Shown: one piece after another, positions 31,228 to 41,929 of the stretch
Numbering within the stretch: the stretch's first letter is position 1
Layout of the letters: every line of letters starts with the position of its first letter
Assembly (NCBI GenBank): GCA_965222075.1
Contig: OZ244937.1
Coordinates: forward strand, 5,248,001-5,312,000
Length of the DNA stretch: 64,000 nucleotides
Reading direction: 5' to 3'
Origin: Candidatus Latescibacterota bacterium
GTDB taxonomy: Bacteria > Latescibacterota > UBA2968 > GCA-2709665
Program-made: the position numbers and the translations under genes
Notes under the pieces: model-generated
Told to the model about the DNA's origin: nothing
The model's database searches: none
Seen by the model: only the letters and a program-made list of their open reading frames with translations

Positions 31228-32190
31228 ATGACACTGCGTGAACTCTACGAGACGGCCATCCAGCTGGGTATGGCGCTCGATTTTCGGGGTGAAGCAGCGC
31301 TCAAACAGGAGCTGGAGCGCCGGCGGGAGGAACACGAGGCTCTGCCGGAGTGGAGAAAGCCCTATCTTGACCAGGAGCGGCTGAGGAATCCGTATGCGGA
31401 TTGCCGCATCGTGAACGGGCCGGAGGATGTAGAGCTGAATACGGTTTTATTGGGCATCAATATCCAGATGCCCGAGTTCCTGCTGGCGGACCATCTGCGC
31501 AGTAAGGGCACGCAGATCGATGCGCTGGTGGCCCACCACACCACAGGCACCGGTGTGGGGCGTTCGCACGTTTACGACATTATGTCGGCGAATATCGATA
31601 TATTCGAGCGGGAAGGGGTCCCGCGGGCGGAGGCGGAGCGGATTTATCGTCCGCTTATGGAACAGGCGTGGAAGGACTACGACGATATCCCGAACCGCAT
31701 GGCGCCGGATATGGCGAGGTTTTTCGGTTTCCCGATGGTCCAGATCCACGCCCCGACCGACCTGTATCACGGGAAAGGGATCGATGATCTCTTTGCTGAT
31801 ACCCGGCCGGAGACGCTTGAAGATATCCTTCGTGTGCTTCTGACGATTCCGGAGATGCAGAGCGCTGCACGGATCGGGGCGGAACCAAGGATTGTTGTGG
31901 GAGAAAAAGACCAGGCGGCCGGCCGCATTTTACACCAGGATTTAGGCGGGTGGGGGTGGCCTGCGGACGCGTACCCGCTGCTGGCCGAGGCGGGGGTGGA
32001 CACGGTTGTGCGGATCGGCGCCGAGTCGAGAGTTCTGGAGGTGATTCGGGAAGCGGGCATGGGCGCGGTGCGCATTCCGCATGCTGCGGTGGACAACCTG
32101 GGGATCAACCTGTTTTTCGACGAGGTGGAACGGCGGTTTGGGCCGCTGAATATCATTCCATGCAATTATTTTGAGCGCATCAAAAGGTAA
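31228..32190 (+). CDS. NIF3-like (NGG1p interacting factor) protein
   Basis: LRNPYAD, AHH, IHAPTD and HAAVDNLGINL motifs. Confidence 0.7.
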   Translation: MTLRELYETAIQLGMALDFRGEAALKQELERRREEHEALPEWRKPYLDQERLRNPYADCRIVNGPEDVELNTVLLGINIQMPEFLLADHLRSKGTQIDALVAHHTTGTGVGRSHVYDIMSANIDIFEREGVPRAEAERIYRPLMEQAWKDYDDIPNRMAPDMARFFGFPMVQIHAPTDLYHGKGIDDLFADTRPETLEDILRVLLTIPEMQSAARIGAEPRIVVGEKDQAAGRILHQDLGGWGWPADAYPLLAEAGVDTVVRIGAESRVLEVIREAGMGAVRIPHAAVDNLGINLFFDEVERRFGPLNIIPCNYFERIKR

Positions 32191-32222
32191 GGCCGGATGC
32201 CCAGATCCTCAAAGGCACCGCG

Positions 32223-32553
32223 ATGAAACGGGTGAAGGGGGCAGCCATTGTCAACGTGTCTTCGCGCAATGCCCTGTCGAGCCCAGCCCACGCGCGGCCA
32301 CTTACGACGCCGCCAAGGCCGCGCTGCTGGCCCTGACGCGCACGCTGGCCGTGGAGCTGGGCGGGGATGGTATCCGGGTGAATGCGGTGCTGCCGGGGTT
32401 TATCGATACGCCCATTCACGGGGATCTGCTCAAGGACCGGGTCTTTGTGAGGAACTACCTCAAGCTGATTCCGCTCAACCGCATCGGGAAGCCGGAGGAT
32501 ATCGCCAATATCATCTTTTTTCTGGCTTCGGACGGGGCTGCTTTTATTACCGG
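32223..32553 (+). pseudogene. C-terminal fragment of an SDR oxidoreductase
   Basis: AIVNVSS, then after a frameshift YDAAKAA...GIRVNAVLPGFIDT...FITG; no Rossmann N-terminus. Confidence 0.8.
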
Positions 32554-32714
32554 CCCCCCGCACCAAACCGGAGGAGTCGCAGAGGCGAGAGGCGTGAGGG
32601 GGCGTGGACGGACGGCGAAGGTTACAGTGCCGACCTGGACGCAATCGCGTGATATGGAGCGAATAGCGGACGAAGTGGTACACAGAGTAGAGGCCTGGGA
32701 CAAGGAGGTGTGCT

Positions 32715-34898
32715 GTGGCGATTGAGGTTCGAGGGAGGGTGATGGAAGACCCGTCCGGACGCGGCCTGGACGGCGTTTCCGTTTCCAACGGGGAGCGGAT
32801 TGTGCAGACGGACGGTGAGGGTCGGTACGCGCTTGAGGTGCAACCGGAGGCGCACCGGTTCGTGTTTGTGACGGTTCCGGACGGTTTTCGGGCTCCGTCG
32901 GGGTTCTATCGGTCTGCGCTGGATTGGACGGACGCGCAGGAGGGGGTGGATTTCGGGCTTGAGCCTGCGCCTGAGCGGGCCGGACGGCGGTTCAGGCTTG
33001 CGCAGATTACCGATACGCACGTTGTGACGGAAGGGGAGGCGCACAGTTCCGGAGAGGTGCTTGCGGAGGCGCTGCAGCAGCTTGTGCGGGAGGCTGAGCC
33101 GGACCTGATTGTGGTGAGCGGGGATCTGACGGACTGGGGGAGGCTGCCCGAGTTGACCCGTTTTCGTGAGGCGGTTGAGACGGTTTCGACGCCGGTTTTT
33201 CCGCTGTTCGGCGGACACGACGGGAACGAAGAGCGTTACGGAGGTATTTCGGTGGATGCATATCTGAGGATGAGTGTGACGCCGAATAACCCGAAGCTGA
33301 AGGAGATTGTGGAGAAGCACGCGGGCAGGACGTTGACCCGGCACTTTGAAGCGGTGCTCGGTCCTTCGTATTACAGTTTTGACTGGGGGGGACGCCACTT
33401 TGCGTTTTATCCGAACGAACAGTCGTTCTTTTCGCCGGCGGACCGGGAGCGGAAGGAGAGGTGGTTCCGGGCTGATCTGGGGCTGCAGCCGGCGGACCGG
33501 GAGATTGTGGTGGTGGTGCACACGCCGCCGCCGGTTTCGTTTCTGGAGGCGCTGGGCCGGTACAACGTCCGGCTTGTGCTGCACGGACATTGGCATTCCA
33601 GCAAGGTGTTCTCTTACGGGGATATGGTCGTGGCCGCGGCTCCACCGGTCTGTTTCGGGGGGATCGACACGTCGCCAAAGGGCTACCGCCTGGTGCGGTT
33701 TGGAGAGGAGGATGCGGCGGTGGAGATGAGGGAGCTTCAATCCGCAGGCGTCTCGCCGCCACCGGGGGGTGCGCCGCCGGAGATTTCGCTTGAGGGGGAG
33801 GTGCTGCGGCTTTGCTGGGAGCAGCGTCTGCCGGGAGGGCTCCACCGGGCAGCGCCCGTGCCGGCGGGGGACCGGCTGCTGCTGAGTCTGCGGGATGAGG
33901 GCGATCCCGGACGCAGCGGGATTTGCTGTGTTGAGGCCCGCAGCGGAGACCTGGTGTGGCATGCGCGTACGGTTGCGGCGGTTAAGAACAGCGCCGCTGT
34001 TTCCGGCGATGTGTGCGCGGCGGTATCGGTAACCGGACGGGTGTACGCGCTGGAGGTGGCGTCGGGAGAGGTGCTGTGGCAGGCGGACCTGCCCGGGTAT
34101 CCGGAGCGCTGGATTTACACCTCTCCGGTTATTGGAGACGGGAGAGTGTACGCGGGGGCAAAGGCCGGTTACGCGGCCTACGATCTGAAGACAGGAGGGC
34201 AGCAGTGGTATACGCCTGTGGAAGGCAGCGATAACTGGGCTTGCTACGCAAGCCCTCAAATCTGCGGCAACCTGCTTCTCCTGTTTGTCCAGCGGCGGGG
34301 GCTGATGGCGCTGGACCGGGAGACCGGGGACGTGGTGTGGGAACAGCCGGTGGGGTTCGAGTTCCCGTATGCAACCCCGGTTGTGGCCGGAGACCTGCTG
34401 GTGAGTGGAGGTGGAGGTGGTTCGTCCAATCTTCACCATTTCTCGGGGGAGGCGTCGCCACTCATCGCGCTGCGGACGGATTCGGGCGAGGGGGTCTGGA
34501 GCCGTCCCGTGCTGCCGTCCAGCTATCCGACCGGACTGCTCGTGCGGGACGGACGGATTTTCGCCACAACAACCGAGGCAGGGGCGCTCTGTTTCGATTT
34601 GGATTCCGGGGCGCGGTTGTGGCGGTTTCAGACGGGGGACGATCTGCTGGATATGGTTCCCTACCGGAGAGGGCTCCGTTCCATCCTGGCCGCGCCGGTG
34701 GTCTTTGAGGATCGTCTTCTCATTTGCGGGTGCGACGGGTGTCTGTACGTCCTTGACGCTGCTTCGGGCGAATGCCGGGGCCGCACGGCCTTTGGCTCGC
34801 CGATTACGGCACCTCCGTGTGCGGTGGAAGGTGGGCTGGTTGTGGGGACGTACGATGGGCGGGTTTTTTGTTTTGAACCATCGGAGGAAAAAAAATGA
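32715..34898 (+). CDS. Metallophosphoesterase with C-terminal PQQ-type beta-propeller
   Basis: GVSVSNG, TDTH, SGD, GGHD and HGHWH motifs; repeated ALD..SG..LW blades. Confidence 0.8.
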   Translation: MAIEVRGRVMEDPSGRGLDGVSVSNGERIVQTDGEGRYALEVQPEAHRFVFVTVPDGFRAPSGFYRSALDWTDAQEGVDFGLEPAPERAGRRFRLAQITDTHVVTEGEAHSSGEVLAEALQQLVREAEPDLIVVSGDLTDWGRLPELTRFREAVETVSTPVFPLFGGHDGNEERYGGISVDAYLRMSVTPNNPKLKEIVEKHAGRTLTRHFEAVLGPSYYSFDWGGRHFAFYPNEQSFFSPADRERKERWFRADLGLQPADREIVVVVHTPPPVSFLEALGRYNVRLVLHGHWHSSKVFSYGDMVVAAAPPVCFGGIDTSPKGYRLVRFGEEDAAVEMRELQSAGVSPPPGGAPPEISLEGEVLRLCWEQRLPGGLHRAAPVPAGDRLLLSLRDEGDPGRSGICCVEARSGDLVWHARTVAAVKNSAAVSGDVCAAVSVTGRVYALEVASGEVLWQADLPGYPERWIYTSPVIGDGRVYAGAKAGYAAYDLKTGGQQWYTPVEGSDNWACYASPQICGNLLLLFVQRRGLMALDRETGDVVWEQPVGFEFPYATPVVAGDLLVSGGGGGSSNLHHFSGEASPLIALRTDSGEGVWSRPVLPSSYPTGLLVRDGRIFATTTEAGALCFDLDSGARLWRFQTGDDLLDMVPYRRGLRSILAAPVVFEDRLLICGCDGCLYVLDAASGECRGRTAFGSPITAPPCAVEGGLVVGTYDGRVFCFEPSEEKK

Positions 34899-36169
34899 AG
34901 ACAGTAGACCCTGTTGCGGTCTGGGATGTGCGGCCGTGGGGATGCGATACGTTCTGTGTTGACGATTTTAACGGGGACGGCAAGCATGAGGTGCTTTTTC
35001 TGCAGACGTCGGGATGCCATGCCGACAGGCGGCACGATCCGAGGTTTCCGGCGTTCAAAGGCTACAAGACCGGCATCGAGGAGCAGGAGCTGTTCTGTAT
35101 GACGCTGGCGGATGGGGAGGGGAATATCCTGTGGCAGGTGGGAGAACCATGGGCGCTGGAGAGGCCCTTTTCGTGGAACGGGCACTGGAACGAGTTCTGC
35201 CATGTGGTGGATTTCGACGGCGACGGGCAGGTGGAGATTCTGTTCGTGTACAAGGACGACGTGCGGGTCTACGACGGGGCGACCGGGGCGCTGCGCCATC
35301 AGAGAGAGATGCCCCACCCGGGGGCGTATTACACCCGTGCGGTCAGGGCCGATCATTCGGGGCAGTACCATATTTTTGCGCATGTAGATCCCTGTTTTCT
35401 GCTAAGTCCAAATTTCGACGTGGTCTGGGAAAGAGATGCGCCCGGGGCGCGGCCCGGACATTTCGGGAGTTTTGCGGATGTGGACGGGGACGGGCTGGAC
35501 GAGTTGCTGGCCGGGTTCAGCCTGTTGGCCCACGACGGCACGCCGCTGTGGGCCCATCCGCCGGCATCGGAGGGGGACCACTTAGACGACGCTCGCATCG
35601 CGGATATCGACGGGGACGGCCGGCTGGAAATCGCCTTAGCGCACGACGGGCACGACGCGGTGGTTCACAACGACGACGGTGCCGAGCGGTTCCGCGTGAA
35701 GATGCACCACTGCCAGAATATCCTGATCGGGAAGTTTTTTGCCGATACGCCCGGGCTGCAGCTGGTTTTGATGGATAAGACAATCGGTCCGGCCGGGGAT
35801 AGGGAAGGGGTGGCTGTGGACGCCGAGGGAAGAGAGCTATCTCGTCATCGCAATCTGGGGTACTATTCGACGATCAACTGGGCGACCGATGTGGGGCCTT
35901 TGAGTTTGATCCGCGTGGAACGGCCGGTGGAACCGGATGGAGAGCACCGGGTGATGTGGGTTGCGCCCACGGGCGAGGAGCTGGCCAGTTTCAAGGTGCG
36001 TTCGAGTTTTTATGACCGGATCCAACGGCACGGGCTGGACAGGTTTCCCGGACGGGGCCGGTACTACGGCACGACCCACAGCCCGGCAATCGGCGATGTG
36101 GACGGGGATGGGTGCGATGAATTGCTGGTGACGGATCGGGAGAGGGTGTGGGTTTTTGAGAGGCCGTGA
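34895..36169 (+). CDS. FG-GAP / PL11-like beta-propeller protein, close paralog of 11829-13121
   Basis: Collinear similarity from MKTV.P.AVWDVRPWGC to LVTDRERVW.F. Confidence 0.75.
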   Translation: MKTVDPVAVWDVRPWGCDTFCVDDFNGDGKHEVLFLQTSGCHADRRHDPRFPAFKGYKTGIEEQELFCMTLADGEGNILWQVGEPWALERPFSWNGHWNEFCHVVDFDGDGQVEILFVYKDDVRVYDGATGALRHQREMPHPGAYYTRAVRADHSGQYHIFAHVDPCFLLSPNFDVVWERDAPGARPGHFGSFADVDGDGLDELLAGFSLLAHDGTPLWAHPPASEGDHLDDARIADIDGDGRLEIALAHDGHDAVVHNDDGAERFRVKMHHCQNILIGKFFADTPGLQLVLMDKTIGPAGDREGVAVDAEGRELSRHRNLGYYSTINWATDVGPLSLIRVERPVEPDGEHRVMWVAPTGEELASFKVRSSFYDRIQRHGLDRFPGRGRYYGTTHSPAIGDVDGDGCDELLVTDRERVWVFERP

Positions 36170-36214
36170 GGTAGGCGAAGACCCTCAGGAGTGGAAGCCG
36201 GAGGAGATTGCCGT

Positions 36215-39200
36215 ATGAAACTGCTTCGCCGGGTCGGGATGGTCCTCACGATGGTTTTTATCCTCTTTCCGCTCTTTGTGGGCCTGTCCGATTTCGACCG
36301 GGTTCAGGAATTTTTGAATGCGCTGCAGGGGGTTACGCCCGCCCGCCCGCTGCCTCCGGTAGCTGACACCGAAGTTCAGAGGGTTGTGGAACAGGTGCTC
36401 AACACAGTTTCCGAAGCAGACGTGCGGAGACACATGGCCCGCTTTACGCAGAATGGTTCCCGCGTGTGCGGCTATCCCGGGCACGAAGCCGCAGCCCGTT
36501 TTATTCGGGATGAATTTGAACGCATCGGTCTTCGGAACGTTGCGCTTGAACCCTTCGACGTTACTTCTCCTGTGGACAAAGGGTGCCGTCTCACCCTCCT
36601 GAGGAGCGGTGCCTCCTTCCCCATTTATGCGGTGTGGCCCAACCTGGCGAAGACCTCCACACTTCCACGGTCGGGGGTGCGCACCCGGCTCATCTACGGT
36701 GGGGACGGCGAGTTTCGGGATTTTGAGGGCCACGACATTGAGAACGCCGCAGTGCTGATGGAATTCAACAGCGGGAACAACTGGCTTAAGGCGGCGATGC
36801 TGGGGGTCTCGCAGGTTATTTTTATCGAGCCGGACGCCACCTTTACCAGGCAGGCCGAGCAGAAGTTTCTCCAGGTTCCCAACGGTGTGGAGCGGTTTTG
36901 GATCGATCGGGAGTCCGGACGGGCATTGGAGCGGACACTGGCCGTAGAGGGAGAACTCGAGGTTGAACTCCGGGCGCGGATGGACTGGGAGAAGAAGACG
37001 GCGTACAATATCCTGGGATCGGCGCCGGGGACCGATCCGGAGTTGAAAGATCAGATTGTGGTGATCAACGCGTATTATGACGCTATGTCCGTGGTGCCGG
37101 CCTTAGCGCCGGGTGCGGAGATGGCCTGTGGTATTGTGGCGCTGATGGAGCTGGTGGACTACTTTAAGCGTTACCCGCCCGGGCGCACGGTTCTCTTTCT
37201 GGCCAGTTCGGCGCACCACCTGGGGTTTCGGGGAATCTGCGATTTTCTGAGGCGGCACGCCCGGAAAGAAGAACATTTTGCGGCGTTGATGACCGATCCG
37301 ATCGATGTGCGCCTGTTTATTGGGCTGGATCTGACCAGTCAGACCGACGAGATCGGCATCTGGCACAACAGCCGATCCCTTCTTCACAGCCGTTTCTTCT
37401 CCTCTTTCGGGAAGAAGTTCGTCCGGATTTTCGAAATGTTCGCCGGGATCTTAGGGCCCGATTCGGCCGGGACAATGGTGAATGGCATCACCCCTGCCAA
37501 GGGCATGACCTGGGATATGTACATTCCAGGGAAAAATTTGAAGACCGACGGCGAGGTTGTTTTCGAGGCCGGTCTCCCTGCGATTTCTCTGGTGACGGTG
37601 AACGACGCCCGGTTCCGGGTGGATACGCCCTTAGACCTGCCCGAGCGTGTGAACTACGAAAACCTGACCGGACAGATCCGAATTCTGGCCGGGGTGCTTG
37701 CGCTGGCTCTGGATGATTCCGACCTCATTCCTGACTTCCGGCAGATTAAATTCGACGACCGGATGCGGGGGCTAAAGGGGTTTGTACGGACCTTCCCCAG
37801 GCGAAGCATTGTGCCCGACCGCCCCAAGCCGGGGGCGGTGGCCGCGCTGCGGATGGGTGTCGATAAGTCGGTTAAGGGGGTGCGCCGGATCTATTATGAC
37901 ATAGCCGACGAGAAGGGGGAGTTCTATATGCCCGGCATCGCCGAGCGCCGGGTGGCTGTGTCGGCCTACTATCTTGACGTCCAGACCGGAGAGGTTTCCT
38001 ACGCGCCCAATTTCGGGCAGCAGGCGCGGATCTACGCGAGTGAGTTCGATATGGACTGGTGGATTTCCAAGCGCACGCTGATTCTTTTTCCATGTATCGC
38101 CACGGATTTCTACGATACGGTGGACCCCAGGTATCTGACCAAGCTGTCCCAGATCAGCATTTACGGGGAGGGTCATACGGCCCCTCAGGAGTACGGATAT
38201 GCAATCGGGTTTGGACCGACCGAGCCGGTGGGGACAATTTTCACGCATCCGGGAGAGAAGGTGAAAATTGTGATGCGCTCGGGTGCCATCGGGGTTCGCT
38301 TTCTGCTGCTCAATTCTCTGGGGGTGGAGAGCAAGGAGGCGGCCCGGGGCGCGGGGTTCCAGACACTGACACAGGGGGCGTTTGTGCGCACGTCTTTCCA
38401 GGCGGCCAAAGATATGTGGATGTTGAATGAGGCGCGGATTCGGGAGCTGGAGCGGTATGCGATTGAGAACCAGCGGCTGAACGTGCTGCATGCGGATGCG
38501 GCGGTCCACATCCAGCGGGCCGAGGAGGCGATGGCGGAGAAGCGCTGGGACGCGTTTATGATGCACACGCGGGCGGCGCTGGGAATCGAGTCGCGGGCGT
38601 ATCCGGATGTGAAGTCGACGCAGAACGACGTGGTCCGGGGGATCATCTTTTTTATGGCGCTGGTGATTCCCTGCGCTTTTTTTGCAGAGCGCCTGATTTT
38701 TTCCGCTGCGGACATCCGCTGGCAGATCGCCGGGTTCGCCGGGATTTTTGCAGTGATCTGGTTTTTTCTTTCCACGGTTCATCCGGCGTTTGAGCTCTCC
38801 AATCCGATTGTCATCCTCCTGGCTTTCGTGATTTTAGCGCTTGCGGTTTTTGTGATTTGGCTCGTATTTTCCCGGTTTAACGAAAATATGCGCCGGCTGC
38901 GAGTGTCCGGGACGCTTTTGCACGAGACCGATGTGGGCCGCATCAGCGCCTCCCTGGCCGCCTTCTATTTGGGCATTGCCAATATGAAGCGGCGTAAGCT
39001 GCGCACCTGGCTGACTTTTATCACCCTGGCGCTCCTGACGTTTACGGTGCTGTCTTTTACGTCGATCAAGTCGATTCTCCGGTTCTACCGGCTTCCCCGG
39101 GAGGCGACGGACGCTTACCCCGGCATTCTGATCCGCAGCAAGTTCTGGGGTGCCCTGGAGGAGTCGGCCTACGACTATGCAAAGGTCAATTTCGAGAGCA

Positions 39201-40726
39201 TCGGCGCCGTTGTCCCGCGGAGCTGGTACTTCACACGGGACAAGAAAAAGATTCCTGTCGCGTCCGATCAGGCGACGACCAGGGCGCTGGGTGTGCTGGG
39301 GGTTACCCCACAGGAGCCCCGGGTGACCGGGCTTGACCGCTGCCTTAAAGTGGGACGTTGGTTCCGGCCCGGGGAACTGGCCTGTATCCTGTCTGAGGAG
39401 ATGGCCGGCCGCCTCGGGGTTATGCCGGGTGACCTCGACCGCAAACGTGTCCGAATTTTTGGAGAGCAGCTGACTGTGGTCGGGGTGATTGATTCGGAAA
39501 AATTCAAAGAGATCAAGGATTTAGACGGTGAAATTCTCAGTCCGGCTGATTTTAAAGTGACAGATGATGATGTCGTCAACCAGATGGTCTCCCGGGTACA
39601 GCTGGAGAAACAGGGTCTCGAGCTTCCCCAGGCTGCGGTTCTTCCTTTCACACATATTGACCCTGAAAATATCCTCATCATTCCTTACCACCTGCTGCGG
39701 GAGGTGGGCAGTCCGCTGCAATCGGTGGCCGTTCGGTTCTTCCCGGGGGTGAATGTAAAGGCGCAGGTGGAGGCTTTTCTTTCCCGACTTTCTATGGTTC
39801 TCTTCGCCGGTATTCCCGACGGTGAGGGACGGATTCAGGTCTCGGTTTACAGCTCTCTGGGCAATATTTCCTTTCGGGGGCTGGGTAACCTTTTTATTCC
39901 GATTTTGATCGCCGCGCTGATCGTGCTGAATACAATGATGGGGTCGGTGTATGAACGCTTCAAGGAGATTGGGATCTATTCGGCCGTGGGGCTGGCGCCG
40001 GTGCACGTCGCATTTCTCTTCATCGCGGAAGCCTGCGTTTACGCGGTTCTGGGCACCGTGTGCGGTTATCTGCTGGGGCAGGGGGTGGCCAAGGCGCTCC
40101 TGGCGCAGGGCTGGCTTGCGGGAGTCACGCTCAATTATTCCGCGCTTTCGACGGTTTACGCGGCTGCACTGGTGATGGCGGTGGTGATGCTTTCGGCTCT
40201 TTTTCCGGCGCAGAAGGCTTCTCTTATTGCGGGGCGGAACGTGACCCGCCGCTGGAAATTGCCCAACCCTGAGGGGAATTGCTGGCGGTTCGAGTTTCCA
40301 TTTACCGTAGGCAGTAGTGAGGCCCTGGGCCTGTTCGTTTTTCTAACCGATTATTTCGCATCTCACAACGACGAGTCGATGGGCGTTTTTTACACCAACG
40401 GCGCGAAACCGGGGGCGGTTCAGACCGAAACGGGCGAGGGGTACACCATCGATACGACAGTCTGGCTGGCGCCCTACGACGTGGGGGTGAGTGAGCGGAT
40501 CCACTTTGAGGCGGTGCCCACCGGAGAACACAATATCCACGCCCTGTTGCTTCGCATCGATCGGATCTCCGGAGATAACGCCTCGTGGCGCCGTGTGAAC
40601 CAGAGGTTTATGAAAACCCTGCGCAAACAGTTCCTCATCTGGCGCACCGTGGACCCTTCCACAAAGGCCGCTTACCGGGAGAGAGGTCTCAAGGAGGTGT
40701 TTGAAACGCAGGAAGGGGCTGTCTAA
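36215..40726 (+). CDS. Large membrane protein: degenerate M28-peptidase-like ectodomain fused to an FtsX/MacB-type permease
   Basis: SRVCGYPG, AYNILG and NAYYD motifs; TM blocks; ANMKRRKLRT and ERFKEIGIYSAVG permease motifs. Confidence 0.8.
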   Translation: MKLLRRVGMVLTMVFILFPLFVGLSDFDRVQEFLNALQGVTPARPLPPVADTEVQRVVEQVLNTVSEADVRRHMARFTQNGSRVCGYPGHEAAARFIRDEFERIGLRNVALEPFDVTSPVDKGCRLTLLRSGASFPIYAVWPNLAKTSTLPRSGVRTRLIYGGDGEFRDFEGHDIENAAVLMEFNSGNNWLKAAMLGVSQVIFIEPDATFTRQAEQKFLQVPNGVERFWIDRESGRALERTLAVEGELEVELRARMDWEKKTAYNILGSAPGTDPELKDQIVVINAYYDAMSVVPALAPGAEMACGIVALMELVDYFKRYPPGRTVLFLASSAHHLGFRGICDFLRRHARKEEHFAALMTDPIDVRLFIGLDLTSQTDEIGIWHNSRSLLHSRFFSSFGKKFVRIFEMFAGILGPDSAGTMVNGITPAKGMTWDMYIPGKNLKTDGEVVFEAGLPAISLVTVNDARFRVDTPLDLPERVNYENLTGQIRILAGVLALALDDSDLIPDFRQIKFDDRMRGLKGFVRTFPRRSIVPDRPKPGAVAALRMGVDKSVKGVRRIYYDIADEKGEFYMPGIAERRVAVSAYYLDVQTGEVSYAPNFGQQARIYASEFDMDWWISKRTLILFPCIATDFYDTVDPRYLTKLSQISIYGEGHTAPQEYGYAIGFGPTEPVGTIFTHPGEKVKIVMRSGAIGVRFLLLNSLGVESKEAARGAGFQTLTQGAFVRTSFQAAKDMWMLNEARIRELERYAIENQRLNVLHADAAVHIQRAEEAMAEKRWDAFMMHTRAALGIESRAYPDVKSTQNDVVRGIIFFMALVIPCAFFAERLIFSAADIRWQIAGFAGIFAVIWFFLSTVHPAFELSNPIVILLAFVILALAVFVIWLVFSRFNENMRRLRVSGTLLHETDVGRISASLAAFYLGIANMKRRKLRTWLTFITLALLTFTVLSFTSIKSILRFYRLPREATDAYPGILIRSKFWGALEESAYDYAKVNFESIGAVVPRSWYFTRDKKKIPVASDQATTRALGVLGVTPQEPRVTGLDRCLKVGRWFRPGELACILSEEMAGRLGVMPGDLDRKRVRIFGEQLTVVGVIDSEKFKEIKDLDGEILSPADFKVTDDDVVNQMVSRVQLEKQGLELPQAAVLPFTHIDPENILIIPYHLLREVGSPLQSVAVRFFPGVNVKAQVEAFLSRLSMVLFAGIPDGEGRIQVSVYSSLGNISFRGLGNLFIPILIAALIVLNTMMGSVYERFKEIGIYSAVGLAPVHVAFLFIAEACVYAVLGTVCGYLLGQGVAKALLAQGWLAGVTLNYSALSTVYAAALVMAVVMLSALFPAQKASLIAGRNVTRRWKLPNPEGNCWRFEFPFTVGSSEALGLFVFLTDYFASHNDESMGVFYTNGAKPGAVQTETGEGYTIDTTVWLAPYDVGVSERIHFEAVPTGEHNIHALLLRIDRISGDNASWRRVNQRFMKTLRKQFLIWRTVDPSTKAAYRERGLKEVFETQEGAV

Positions 40727-40750
40727 GGGAGATGGAAAAAGGAGTATGGG

Positions 40751-41929
40751 ATGCAACCGTTCTTTTCTTTTACGCGTATGGATCAACTTCTTGAAACGGC
40801 CGACATGGAGGCGGTGCTTTTCTGCCGTCCGTCTTCTTTTTTCTACTTTACGACACTGCCCTGGTATGAGAGGATGCACTTCTCCGAGATGCCGGGACAA
40901 TATATTGTGCCGATAGCCGGTTATGTGCGCGGCCGCCCGGAGCAGGCTTTTGCCACAGCGTCACCCCAGATGGATTTCCCCGATTTTGAGGCGCAGAATA
41001 TCTGGATTTCCGATATTCGCCCGATGATGTTGGCGGTTCCATACGAGAGGCAGGCCGAGCTTATCGTTCAGATCCTTGACGAAAAGGGGGTTCGATCGGG
41101 GCAGGTGGGCATAGAACGAGGCATGCTTCCCCACGATTTAATCGCGGCACTTGATGGTCTTGCTCCTGATATCCGCTGGGCAGAGAGCCGGGACGTGCTT
41201 TTCAAACTCCAGGAGTTCAAGTCCAAGGAGGAGCTGGACAGGCTCAGGACGGCCTGCCGGATAACCGAAAAGGGGATGATGCGAGTTTTTGACAGACTGA
41301 CGGCCGATGTGACGCCCGAGGACTTGATGGACGTTTTTATAAAGTCTACGGCAGGGCTCTATATAGAGCGGTTTGGACATTTTTTTTCGGTTCACTTCAA
41401 GGACTTCCATTTTACAGGCCAGGAGTTGAAGCGTCCGCTCCTGAAACCGGAGACGCTGATTCATATCGATGTGTCTTCAATCTATAAGGGACTGATTTCG
41501 GATATTGGCAGAAATTTCTATTTCGGCTCTCCGGTTCCACCCGAAGTGGAGAGGTGTAGTCTGGCCTGTACAAAAACAATGCAGGTCGTTTTCAACCGTC
41601 TGAAACCCGGGATCTCCTGCGCCGAGGTGGACAGCTTGTCGAAGGAGGTTCTTTTTAATACGCTGGGCGATTCAACAGGTCTTAATGTGGGATTTCATTC
41701 GCACGGGATCGGCTGGATTCTGTACAGCTATCCCTGCATTTCTCCCGAACCGGAAGGGGAAATCCTCCCGGGCCATGCGTTCACGCTGGAGTACAAGGTG
41801 AAATACCCGGGTATTGGACATTTCAAGTGCGAAGACACATTTGCCATGCACGAAGATGGACCGGAGTGTCTCTGCGGGCTTGAGCGCAAACTTTTTGTGA
41901 AGTCGGGTACATCCCCGGAGGGAGCATGA
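40751..41929 (+). CDS. M24 Xaa-Pro peptidase family protein
   Basis: KSKEE, HID...SDIGR, HGIG, TLE and CEDT metal ligands. Confidence 0.8.
   Translation: MQPFFSFTRMDQLLETADMEAVLFCRPSSFFYFTTLPWYERMHFSEMPGQYIVPIAGYVRGRPEQAFATASPQMDFPDFEAQNIWISDIRPMMLAVPYERQAELIVQILDEKGVRSGQVGIERGMLPHDLIAALDGLAPDIRWAESRDVLFKLQEFKSKEELDRLRTACRITEKGMMRVFDRLTADVTPEDLMDVFIKSTAGLYIERFGHFFSVHFKDFHFTGQELKRPLLKPETLIHIDVSSIYKGLISDIGRNFYFGSPVPPEVERCSLACTKTMQVVFNRLKPGISCAEVDSLSKEVLFNTLGDSTGLNVGFHSHGIGWILYSYPCISPEPEGEILPGHAFTLEYKVKYPGIGHFKCEDTFAMHEDGPECLCGLERKLFVKSGTSPEGA

Noticed and set aside
119-34439. Long antisense ORFs (119-1312, 3872-5296, 8099-9661, 19980-21239, 23585-25333, 32622-34439 and others)
   Set aside because: Shadow frames of well-supported + strand genes in GC-rich DNA, with no recognisable motifs.
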